A stretch of 64,000 nt of DNA, from IMG/VR virus record IMGVR_UViG_3300042341_001047, one strand, 5' to 3'. This document shows, in pieces, positions 1-8,111 of this stretch. The notes under the pieces are model-generated. The model worked only from the letters and a program-made list of their open reading frames with translations. It was not told where the DNA came from and ran no database searches. The number at the start of each line of letters is the position of its first letter. Positions within the stretch are counted from its first letter, which is position 1. The position numbers and the translations under genes were made by a program. Origin of the DNA: a virus.

Positions 1-127
1 GCTGATCATTAACTTTCATTGCGACATAAAAGTTTTCAACGGATGGGTATGTAATACCTTGGTGTTCTATCTTACAAGGATAGAAATTGGATAAGAATCT
101 CCAACGACCTTCAAATTTATCAATCAT
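1..127 (-). CDS. NADAR (YbiA-like) family protein, N-terminal part, runs off the window edge
   Basis: Not in ORF track. Manual translation from ATG at 127: MIDKFEGRWRFLSNFYPCKIEHQGITYPSVENFYVAMKVNDQ. FLSNFY..I...G..Y.SVE..Y.A.K is the NADAR N-terminal signature. Confidence 0.8.
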   Translation of the reverse strand, partial: MIDKFEGRWRFLSNFYPCKIEHQGITYPSVENFYVAMKVNDQ

Positions 128-156
128 AGATATTATATAATTAGATTAAACAAAGT

Positions 157-483
157 TTACCAATACCAAGGTGCATCTTTGTAGTTATCTTCAAAGATAT
201 AATTCTCATCACCTTTCATGATTCTATGTACTACTTGTTTAGATTTGGCTCTTTGTGAACGATTAAGCATATTTCTATACCACCAAGGTGCGCTATTAAA
301 ATATCCATTATATTCATTATGGAATTTTTGACGAAGCCTTTCGTTAATTTCACAAAGACGTGAATTTTGAGGACGACTCCATTTAGGGTATCTTGGTGTA
401 GAATCGTATATATAATCATGCTCTTTTTTAAGAGAAATATATTCTTTTTCTCTTAACCAGTGTTTGTTTGTGTGTTTTGACAT
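157..483 (-). CDS. hypothetical basic, aromatic-rich protein
   Basis: 108-aa ORF co-oriented with neighbours, no recognised motif. Confidence 0.6.
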   Translation of the reverse strand: MSKHTNKHWLREKEYISLKKEHDYIYDSTPRYPKWSRPQNSRLCEINERLRQKFHNEYNGYFNSAPWWYRNMLNRSQRAKSKQVVHRIMKGDENYIFEDNYKDAPWYW

Positions 484-536
484 ATGTATAAGTTATTTTT
501 TAAATACTTACATGTCAATTCTATCTCTTAATTTTT

Positions 537-602
537 TCATATTCCTAATTTTGTAGACCCAGGTGACCAAGGCAAATGATATGTTCTGTTATACTTACTC
601 AT
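537..602 (-). pseudogene. truncated N-terminus of an RNA ligase-family gene
   Basis: ATG at 602 reads MSKYNRTYHLPWSPGSTKLGI*. KY.RT.HLPWSPG is the N-terminal motif of RNA_ligase-family proteins; similarity ends after 17 codons. Confidence 0.6.
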
Positions 603-606
603 TTTA

Positions 607-614
607 CAAATATA
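607..614 (-). promoter_or_regulatory. Bacteroidota-type -7 element TATATTTG
   Basis: TAnnTTTG 4 nt before the ATG at 602; no clear -33 box. Confidence 0.45.
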
Positions 615-631
615 TATAATTTTCTCATAAT

Positions 632-669
632 AAAAAAAGACCTCACTCCCATTTCAGGAAGTGAGGTCT
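632..669 (-). terminator. intrinsic terminator downstream of tmRNA
   Basis: AGACCTCACT...AGTGAGGTCT stem followed by a T-run on the minus strand. Confidence 0.75.
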
Positions 670-696
670 AAAAAATCGATATTACTATCGAACTTG

Positions 697-1078
697 TGGA
701 GATGACGTTGTACTGCCCAACGTGTCTTTTTCAGTTACTAATAATTACTCATTCACAGGCTTAGAAAGTTTTTCTTAACTTACAAACTATTTACTTGATT
801 TTGAAAGACTCTAACAAGTAAAAACAATAAATCTCACCTTTTTTAACCCCGTGTGAATCGGGATGGAGAATTTTTTGATAACAACTATTGTTTAGACAGT
901 TGCTAGATCTTCTACAGAGATCATGTTGTTTTGTAGAGCCGCTACTAAATCTTCACGAGTTCCTACTTCATTTGTTTTGCCATTTACGACTTTGCCATCT
1001 AATTTATAAATCGGTCATTTGACAACCCGATACCTGCATAAATACCACCACTCTGCAAATCAATTCTAAAACATCCCC
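697..1078 (-). ncRNA. ssrA: tmRNA (one-piece)
   Basis: 5' GGGGATG pairs with 3' CATCTCC-A, giving the G3:U70 Ala determinant and discriminator A. T-arm ACGTTG-GGCAGTA-CAACGT. Internal tag ORF 981..892 reads GKTNEVGTREDLVAALQNNMISVEDLATV*. Length 382 nt; CCA not encoded. Confidence 0.9.
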
Positions 1079-1104
1079 AAGTGTGTATATTTGTTACTAT
1101 TCTA

Positions 1105-1136
1105 CAAATGTATATATAATATTCTAAAATAACAAA
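1105..1136 (-). promoter_or_regulatory. Bacteroidota sigma-A type promoter for tmRNA
   Basis: TTTG(1136-1133)-N20-TACATTTG(1112-1105) matches the TTTG-N19-21-TAnnTTTG consensus. Confidence 0.75.
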
Positions 1137-1153
1137 AAGTTTAATAAATTTAA

Positions 1154-1660
1154 TTAAAAAGGTGTATTATCATCATCTAAACCATCACCATAATAAAAAT
1201 TAAAAGTCAACATTGGTCTACCATCTTTAGCATACCAAATTTCAAATTCAGAATCATATTGTGCTAAGGTATCTCTTTTAAGTTTTTTAGCAACTTCAAA
1301 TACTCTTATTACATCTCTTAATCTTTCCTTTTCATTCATAAAAGCAACAATAGAAATATCTAAATCATCATTTGTTATCTCAACTTCAACTCCAGTATTT
1401 TTGAACATTAATCTAAGAAGATATAGTAAATGACCAAACTGACCATCATCTTCTGAATCATCATCTTCATCGTCATCTTCATATGAATAGTCTTCTTCAT
1501 CATCTGTTAGTTTCTTATAACCTTTATCATCATAAAATTCATCGTCATCATCATCGTCATCACCATCTGTACTTGGATAATTAGGTCTTCCAAAAAGAGA
1601 GTCATCATCATCATCCCAACGACCTTCATTTACTATTTGTGTATACTTTTTAATTTTCAT
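1154..1660 (-). CDS. highly acidic protein with capsid-targeting-like leader
   Basis: Starts MKIKKYTQIVNE; long D/E tracts follow. Confidence 0.7.
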   Translation of the reverse strand: MKIKKYTQIVNEGRWDDDDDSLFGRPNYPSTDGDDDDDDDEFYDDKGYKKLTDDEEDYSYEDDDEDDDSEDDGQFGHLLYLLRLMFKNTGVEVEITNDDLDISIVAFMNEKERLRDVIRVFEVAKKLKRDTLAQYDSEFEIWYAKDGRPMLTFNFYYGDGLDDDNTPF

Positions 1661-3021
1661 TATTTTAGTTCTATTTTTAGGTAAGTTTCATCAAAGAAAG
1701 CAGTATCTTCTATCTTATATTTCTTTAATATAACAGATAAAGATGTTAATGAATCATAAATTTCTTCAATAGCACCATCTTCTAAATCACATTGTAAAGA
1801 AACACCACCACCATCTTCACGGACAACTTTAACATCTATAGCAAATGCTGACTTTTTAAGTTCTGATATTAAACTACCATGTTTTCTTAAAACTTCTTCA
1901 TCTAAACCAATTTTTCTAACAGTTGGAAGAGAATTCCAATCAACACCAATACTTGCCTTAGCAAGTTTTTCTAAATATGTAATATTTTGATACTCATCTG
2001 CAGTGTGTTCATGCATATATCCAACAGAAACATTAGTACATTCTGATATTTCTTCTAAAAATGATGCTGAATCGGTATAAACACCTGTTGGATCTAAAGA
2101 TAAATCCATACCTTGTTTATTATACTCTTTACAAAGAGCTGTTCCAAAATCATTCGAACAACAAACTCTACCTAATTGAGATGTTATAACTGAGTGATAG
2201 TTTCTTCTATCAAAAGAAACACATCTCTTAATATCTTTAAGATAATCAACCTCATCATAAACTGATGAAAGTAATCCAGAACCGATTCCACCTCTTTCTT
2301 CACCAATAAAGAAATAATAAAGACCTGGTACATTATGAGCCATCATATATAACATAACAGCCACACCAGCTTTATCATCAGCTCCTAATATAGAATTACC
2401 ATCGGTAATAATATATTCTTCACCTTTTTCTTCACTTGAATAAAGTTTTGTTATTTTTTGTTCTCTATCAGCAGTATCTAAGTGAGAAGTAAACATAGTT
2501 TGTGGTTTTGAATCTCCTATTATTTTATAATAGTTACCAACGATATCTTCTTCTAATTTTGGAAGAAATTGTAAAACTTCTTTTTCATAACGATTATCTG
2601 CAAAGTGAGGGTATGTTTTAGTAACTAATGAAAGGAAAGTGCTTCTTACATCTTTTGGATTGTATTTAAAATCTTCAACTTTAATTAAATTACCATCAAT
2701 TGGTTCACCAGCAGATAAAGAGTTATACATTCTAAGAAAATCATTAACATCGGAAGGACTTAATAGACTTCTAAAGTAATATTTAATAAAATTTGATATA
2801 GGCATTGGTGTCACTTTACCATCAATAGTAACATCAAATGAATTTTTCTTTTTAGAAACACTAACCGTTTCAATTCTTAATCCATTATGATATTTAGCAG
2901 ATATTTCACCTAGCCAAAGTAGCTCAAATGCTACATAATTATTTGCATCTTCCAGTTCTTTAAGAATACTTTCTAACTCTTTTGTATAAGTAACTCTTAC
3001 TGATTTTTTATCTTCTGCCAT
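1660..3021 (-). CDS. M28/M20-family zinc peptidase with N-terminal extension
   Basis: SHLDT, LGADDKAG, FFIGEERG, SFDRR and HEHT metal-binding motifs. Confidence 0.8.
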   Translation of the reverse strand: MAEDKKSVRVTYTKELESILKELEDANNYVAFELLWLGEISAKYHNGLRIETVSVSKKKNSFDVTIDGKVTPMPISNFIKYYFRSLLSPSDVNDFLRMYNSLSAGEPIDGNLIKVEDFKYNPKDVRSTFLSLVTKTYPHFADNRYEKEVLQFLPKLEEDIVGNYYKIIGDSKPQTMFTSHLDTADREQKITKLYSSEEKGEEYIITDGNSILGADDKAGVAVMLYMMAHNVPGLYYFFIGEERGGIGSGLLSSVYDEVDYLKDIKRCVSFDRRNYHSVITSQLGRVCCSNDFGTALCKEYNKQGMDLSLDPTGVYTDSASFLEEISECTNVSVGYMHEHTADEYQNITYLEKLAKASIGVDWNSLPTVRKIGLDEEVLRKHGSLISELKKSAFAIDVKVVREDGGGVSLQCDLEDGAIEEIYDSLTSLSVILKKYKIEDTAFFDETYLKIELK

Positions 3022-3057
3022 TTATAAAAATATTTTTATTATGTTATATATTAATTA

Positions 3058-3447
3058 TTAAACTTGAATTTCATAAGAATTTGTATAATCAACTTTAACT
3101 TGACCATCATTCATGTTTGGTTCTTTCTTAACAAACCTTCTTTGACAATAAACTACAGTAGCCTTACTATCTTTAGATGCTTTACTATTTTTCTTAGCCA
3201 ATTCAGCTGCTTTTTTAATAACCGAATCAATAGGAAGATTTTCTCTAACTCTAATAACAACATGAGAACCCGGAACACCTTTAACGTGCATCCAAATATC
3301 TTCTTTATCAGCTATATTAAATGTTAAGTGGTCATTAGATTTAGCATCTTTACCTACATAGACAACAAATCCGTCTATATCTAATTTTTGTATATTAGGG
3401 AATTTATCTTTTTTACCCTCGAATAGTGAAAATTGTTTTATAATCAT
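3058..3447 (-). CDS. stand-alone NFACT-R (DUF814) RNA-binding domain, as in RqcH/FbpA
   Basis: VYVGKDAKSNDHLT...DIWMHVKGVPGSHVVIR...AAELA...S...V.Y...V.K pattern. Confidence 0.85.
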   Translation of the reverse strand: MIIKQFSLFEGKKDKFPNIQKLDIDGFVVYVGKDAKSNDHLTFNIADKEDIWMHVKGVPGSHVVIRVRENLPIDSVIKKAAELAKKNSKASKDSKATVVYCQRRFVKKEPNMNDGQVKVDYTNSYEIQV

Positions 3448-3472
3448 ATACTATATATAAACTATTTAAAAC

Positions 3473-3502
3473 AAAAAAAGACCCAAGAAGGGTCTTTTTT
3501 TT
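3473..3502. terminator. intrinsic terminator after capsid gene (A/T tails on both sides)
   Basis: AAAAAAAGACCC-AAGAA-GGGTCTTTTTTTT. Confidence 0.8.
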
Positions 3503-3520
3503 AATATTTCAATCAAACTA

Positions 3521-5272
3521 TTAGTTCAATAACTGAGCAGCGTCAGTAACTGTAATAGTCATAAATTGTTTTTGTGGATACCAACCAACTTCAGTTACTG
3601 CGTATCTTGAACGTAACAACATTCTTGGTGCGAATGTAGCTTCAGAGATTACAGAAATAGACTGAGCCATTAAGTAAGGTACGAAAATGATACCTGGTTG
3701 GTCAGGGTTATTCTTACGACCTAATACGATTCTGTTATCGTTATATCTCATATATGGATCTACATAGATAGAGATGTCTCCGATTGAACCTACAGGGTAT
3801 AATTGACCTTGTCCGTTTAATTTAGATTTAACTGGGTTAATTGTGTAACCAGCGATATCTTGAAGAGCTGCAGCTAAACCTCCGTTTGTGATAAGGTATT
3901 GAGCAGGTCCTACACGACCTTCAGTCGCGATATAGTTCGAAGCGTGAGCAATCTTAGTGATTAACTTTCTTTGAACAGCGTGAGTTGTTTCACCACCAAC
4001 ATAACCTGATGTTTGATTAGCATAAGCTGTATTCAAGTCAAAGATTGTTGTTCCTGTACCAACAGCACCACTAGATAATGGAGCACTAGCCGCGTTTAAT
4101 GTACCCATTTCGAAGATTTTAGCAACGATTTGTTTAGAGATTGTTTGAGACAACTCATTAACAAGGATAGATTCCATTTTTTGAACGATATCCATACCTG
4201 TATTAGCTTTGATATCTTCAATTTCAGTTCTTCTAAGAGCTGAAGATACTTCGATAGTACCAACTGCTACAGTTTTAGAAGAGATTTTTGGTCCGATAAC
4301 ACCAGCATATGAATCATCATCTGACTGACGAGACATTGGGTAAGAACCAGCAGCACCAGTACCAGCTGTCCAGTTTGCAGAGAAACCTGGGATATGGTCT
4401 TCTAAAGCAGATACCAATTCGATAGTTTTTGTTCCAGCAACAACATTACCCGTAATAGTAGAGTAAGTACCTACTTGAGTAATTTGGTCAATCATAGATT
4501 GAGTTGGGTTAAAAGTGTTTCTTGCTTGGTCAAATGCCCAAAGTGTAGATGTTCCACTTGCTAAAGCTGTAGCAGTATGAGCTGTGTTAGCTTGTCTGTA
4601 AGCTCTGAAGATTGGGAAACCATCGATACGAGAGAAACCTAAGAACTCAGCAGTACCTCTTTTATCAGCATTTTCTTGACTAGTTACAGTAACTGTACCA
4701 GCGATAGCTGAAGAAGCATTAAGAGATATCCAAACTCTACCGTTTGCTAAACCACCTGTAGTTTCATTGATTGAATTAGTAGCTAAGAAAGCTCTAATTG
4801 ATCTTTGAATAGATGCGTTTTCTGGACAATTTAATTTGAAAACTTGTGGTCTTTCATCAGCACCATTAACTGAACGAACGTCATCATATTGAAAATCAAT
4901 ATAAAGTAAGTCGATTTTTGGACCTGGAGTTGGTTTAACAGCTACTAAATCTAAACCGATTGTTTGAGCTGCAATTTTCATTGCTACTGGTAACAAGTTT
5001 TGACCTACGTCTCCTGAACCAAGTGATCCACCGTTTCCGTTTCCAGACCAGTTACTACCTAGTAAAGAACCAGCTAATGAAGATGGTTGAGCAGCTGTAA
5101 CAGCTCCCATACCTGCAACGTTAGAAGCGTTAACATACGCATTCTCGTTGATTGAGTGATATTCAGCCATTTCTGACATCCATTCAACTCTTTCAGCAGA
5201 TACACCCATGTTTTCCAATACTGGAGTCCACTTCTTAACTGCTTTTTGTTTGTCTATTCTAATGTGTGACAT
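3521..5272 (-). CDS. gp23: major capsid protein, T4 gp23-like
   Basis: KKWTPVLE start, DLVAVKPTPGP, ILVNELSQTISKQI, IYVDPY, IFVPYL...SEATFAPRMLLRSRYA C-terminal gp23 motifs. Confidence 0.92.
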   Translation of the reverse strand: MSHIRIDKQKAVKKWTPVLENMGVSAERVEWMSEMAEYHSINENAYVNASNVAGMGAVTAAQPSSLAGSLLGSNWSGNGNGGSLGSGDVGQNLLPVAMKIAAQTIGLDLVAVKPTPGPKIDLLYIDFQYDDVRSVNGADERPQVFKLNCPENASIQRSIRAFLATNSINETTGGLANGRVWISLNASSAIAGTVTVTSQENADKRGTAEFLGFSRIDGFPIFRAYRQANTAHTATALASGTSTLWAFDQARNTFNPTQSMIDQITQVGTYSTITGNVVAGTKTIELVSALEDHIPGFSANWTAGTGAAGSYPMSRQSDDDSYAGVIGPKISSKTVAVGTIEVSSALRRTEIEDIKANTGMDIVQKMESILVNELSQTISKQIVAKIFEMGTLNAASAPLSSGAVGTGTTIFDLNTAYANQTSGYVGGETTHAVQRKLITKIAHASNYIATEGRVGPAQYLITNGGLAAALQDIAGYTINPVKSKLNGQGQLYPVGSIGDISIYVDPYMRYNDNRIVLGRKNNPDQPGIIFVPYLMAQSISVISEATFAPRMLLRSRYAVTEVGWYPQKQFMTITVTDAAQLLN

Positions 5273-5352
5273 AATTTAATTTTTATTTTTTTTTGTTATC
5301 TATATATAACCCTTGTTTTATCTACTTTTCGGAGATGTGGATTTTTTATAGA

Positions 5353-7470
5353 TTAGATGTTTTTGAATCTTTCCATAATAGCAGTAACATCATTATCAGA
5401 AAGTTTATCTTCTTGTATAAGACTTTCGTGTGATACTAACTTTTTAGTTACAGATTCATTTGTTTTAAGCTTTCTAGTTGCCCAGAAGTGCTCAACTTGA
5501 GATTCGTTCATTAAAACTTCAGCTGGGTAAAGTCTAGCTTGTGATAAGATAGATTTTTTAGCAGATTCATTCATTTGACTCCAGATAGCCTTAGTGTTTT
5601 CAGGCATTAATCTGATTACTCTTTCTTCAAGTGTTTCATTCTTTGTTGATAATGCTTCAGCAATTAGACCTAATACATCTTTGGATGTGAAATAACTTCT
5701 CTCGTTTATGTGAAGTTTAACAGATTCCTGTTCTTCGTCTGATAGTGCATAAAAGCTATCTACTTGTGACTTGTTTAAGAATTTTAAGAAATTCAAGTCT
5801 GTAGATTCAGAAACTTTACGTTTTTTAGCTTCTTCTATTAATTTATTAATTGATTCAGATAATTCAGAATCTTCATGTCCACCAACTTCATAGTTATGTG
5901 AATGAACTTCTTCTTCATTTTCTTCATTTTCATTTTCTTCTTCATTTTCCATATTGTAAGCCTCTTCTTCGTGAGCTGAAGGAACACCATTGTATTCTTC
6001 TTCATCTTCTTCAGTAGCGTTAGGTCCACAATTTTCATCTTCTTCAGCATCTTCGAAACCAGCAGCTTGTAATGAAGGGAAAGCTTCTTCTTCATTTGAT
6101 TCAAATAATTTACCACCTTTAGAATTTAATTTTTCAACGATTAATCCTTGGTAAGAAATTGATTTGTCTAAGTTTTCAGCGATATATTCTGAATAAGCGA
6201 TATTATCATCTAAATGTTCAGCGATGTACTCAGAGTAAGCGATGTTACCTTCAACGTGTTCAGCTAAATATTCTGAATAAGCGATTGAATTATCAACGTG
6301 TTCAGCGATGTACTCACCGTAAGCGATACTTTTATCTAAGTTTTCAGCGATGTACTCAGAGTAAGCGATGTTTTTGTCTAAGTTTTCAGCTAAATATTCT
6401 GAATACTCAATGTTTTTATCCAAATTCTCAGCTAAATACTCAGAATAAGAAATGTTTTTATCCAAATTCTCAGCGATATACTCAGAATAAGAAATATTTT
6501 TATCAAGATTTTCAGCTAAATATTCTGAATACTCGATATTTTTATCTAAGTTTTCAGCCAAATACTCAGAGTAGTTAACAGCCTTTTCAAGATTTTCGGC
6601 TAAATAGTCATTATGTTTAATAAGTTTATTTGTAGTCTCTTTTAAAGACTTATTCTCATTAACCATAATTTGAACTTTCTCAGCCAAATAATCCAAGTAC
6701 TTAACAACTTGAGAATTTGTGTTATTTAACTCATCGTAATACTCTAAAAGTTGTTCAAGTTTTTTAGGACTTAAGTTACCTTTAGAAATTGCACCTTTAA
6801 CTTCTTTCTTAGTAGAAGCTAATTCTTTAACTAAATATTGAGAATAGTCAGTTAACTGTTGTTTAGTAACAAATTCATTTTTGTTCATATCAAATAGTTG
6901 ATTTATTTTGGACTCATCGGACATTTCATATATCCTAAAGTTGGAGTTTTGATTATAACCCAAAGACTCGTTAAGAACCTTCACGCTCATCTTAGCCGAT
7001 GCAAATCCTGGATCAGCTACTATATCATAAGTAAATAATTTCTTTAAGGAAACAGTACCATCTGATTCAGTAATACCAGCCGCTCTTGAAGAAACAAAAA
7101 CTGGACAACCATCATCAACTAATGCTTTAGCTTCTTTACCCCAATAGGTACTAAGAAGTCTAATTTCACCACTAACAAGGTTAGATTCTTTTACATAATT
7201 TGCTTTTGTAATTATGTGAGAAGCTCTAGAAAGAGATGTATCAAAAACATCTGGGTGATCAAACTCACCATAAACAGCACCTAGACTGCTCATTCTATCA
7301 TTCATCTCATTTAAAGCAGGAAGAAATTTGTCAGCAGTATAAATTCTTTCATTACGATTTTTAACACCGAATTCCGTGAATGTACCACCAAGTATATAAT
7401 CTTTCTTACCATTGACACTTTCTCTTATAAGAGCATTTGTCGAATTTTCTACAATTAAAACTGGTTTCAT
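5353..7470 (-). CDS. gp21: prohead protease (gp21-like) fused to coiled-coil scaffold (gp22-like)
   Basis: NRNERIY, GEFDHP (His), VSSRAAG (Ser), YDIVADP (Asp) in the first ~165 aa, then ~540 aa of coiled-coil and acidic sequence; lies directly upstream of the capsid gene. Confidence 0.88.
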   Translation of the reverse strand: MKPVLIVENSTNALIRESVNGKKDYILGGTFTEFGVKNRNERIYTADKFLPALNEMNDRMSSLGAVYGEFDHPDVFDTSLSRASHIITKANYVKESNLVSGEIRLLSTYWGKEAKALVDDGCPVFVSSRAAGITESDGTVSLKKLFTYDIVADPGFASAKMSVKVLNESLGYNQNSNFRIYEMSDESKINQLFDMNKNEFVTKQQLTDYSQYLVKELASTKKEVKGAISKGNLSPKKLEQLLEYYDELNNTNSQVVKYLDYLAEKVQIMVNENKSLKETTNKLIKHNDYLAENLEKAVNYSEYLAENLDKNIEYSEYLAENLDKNISYSEYIAENLDKNISYSEYLAENLDKNIEYSEYLAENLDKNIAYSEYIAENLDKSIAYGEYIAEHVDNSIAYSEYLAEHVEGNIAYSEYIAEHLDDNIAYSEYIAENLDKSISYQGLIVEKLNSKGGKLFESNEEEAFPSLQAAGFEDAEEDENCGPNATEEDEEEYNGVPSAHEEEAYNMENEEENENEENEEEVHSHNYEVGGHEDSELSESINKLIEEAKKRKVSESTDLNFLKFLNKSQVDSFYALSDEEQESVKLHINERSYFTSKDVLGLIAEALSTKNETLEERVIRLMPENTKAIWSQMNESAKKSILSQARLYPAEVLMNESQVEHFWATRKLKTNESVTKKLVSHESLIQEDKLSDNDVTAIMERFKNI
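6154..6615 (-). repeat. 11 tandem 42-bp (14-aa) repeats, YSEY(L/I)AENLDKNIx
   Basis: Visible in both protein and DNA within the scaffold region. Confidence 0.95.
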
Positions 7471-7535
7471 TTAAATAGTTATTTTTTAAAATATAGAGTA
7501 TATATTCACTTCAAAAAACCGTTAAAAATAAAGAG

Positions 7536-7650
7536 TGGATTTTTTACAGAACTTCTACAACAATTGACTTTGTTATACTAAGCAGGTTCAAAGTAATGTA
7601 TTTATCGAAATAATGAATATGATTTCCTAAGTGAATGGATTTTTTACAGA
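7536..7650. repeat. 15-bp direct repeat TGGATTTTTTACAGA, two copies 100 bp apart
   Basis: Exact copies at 7536-7550 and 7636-7650; one-mismatch copy at 5338-5352. Confidence 0.85.
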
Positions 7651-7703
7651 GGGGCAGTGATTAACTTAATAAATAATAGAAATTTTTGCAAATTCGAGGA
7701 TTT

Positions 7704-8090
7704 ATGATACTAACAAGAGTAATAGATATTAAAATAAATGAATCAAACTTTCAATACTATGAAGATTTGGGATATGATGTAACTATTGGGGAAAATATAC
7801 AAATACCCATAGAGTTAATGTCAAAAGGATCACATTATAAAATAACTTGTAAATGTGATGGATGTGGTATAGAAAAGGATGTAATCTTTAAAAACTATAT
7901 TAAATATGATAATAAGTGGGGTGAATATTATTGTAGAAAATGTTCCGAAGTAAAAAGAAAGAAAACACTAAGAGAAAACTTCGGAGTTGACTACCCAATA
8001 CAAAATAAAAAGGTTCTTACTAAGATGAAAAAAACTCTAGTTGAGAAGTATGGTGTAGATAATATCTCAAAGAGAGATAAACAAAATTAA
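7704..8090 (+). CDS. Zn-finger and KYGV-repeat protein resembling homing-endonuclease DNA-binding modules, no nuclease domain seen
   Basis: CKCDGC, YCRKC, KTLRENFGVDYP and KTLVEKYGVDN. ATG at 7704 preferred to TTG at 7686. Confidence 0.65.
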   Translation: MILTRVIDIKINESNFQYYEDLGYDVTIGENIQIPIELMSKGSHYKITCKCDGCGIEKDVIFKNYIKYDNKWGEYYCRKCSEVKRKKTLRENFGVDYPIQNKKVLTKMKKTLVEKYGVDNISKRDKQN

Positions 8091-8111
8091 ATTCACTAAT
8101 AGAATAAACAT

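Noticed and set aside
697-730. Stand-alone tRNA gene
   Set aside because: The acceptor and T-arm belong to the tmRNA; no anticodon arm, and I saw no other tRNA in the window.
6154-6615. 42-bp periodic array as a possible CRISPR array, and the antisense ORF 6159-6578
   Set aside because: No unique spacers; variation is codon-like within the scaffold ORF; no cas genes.
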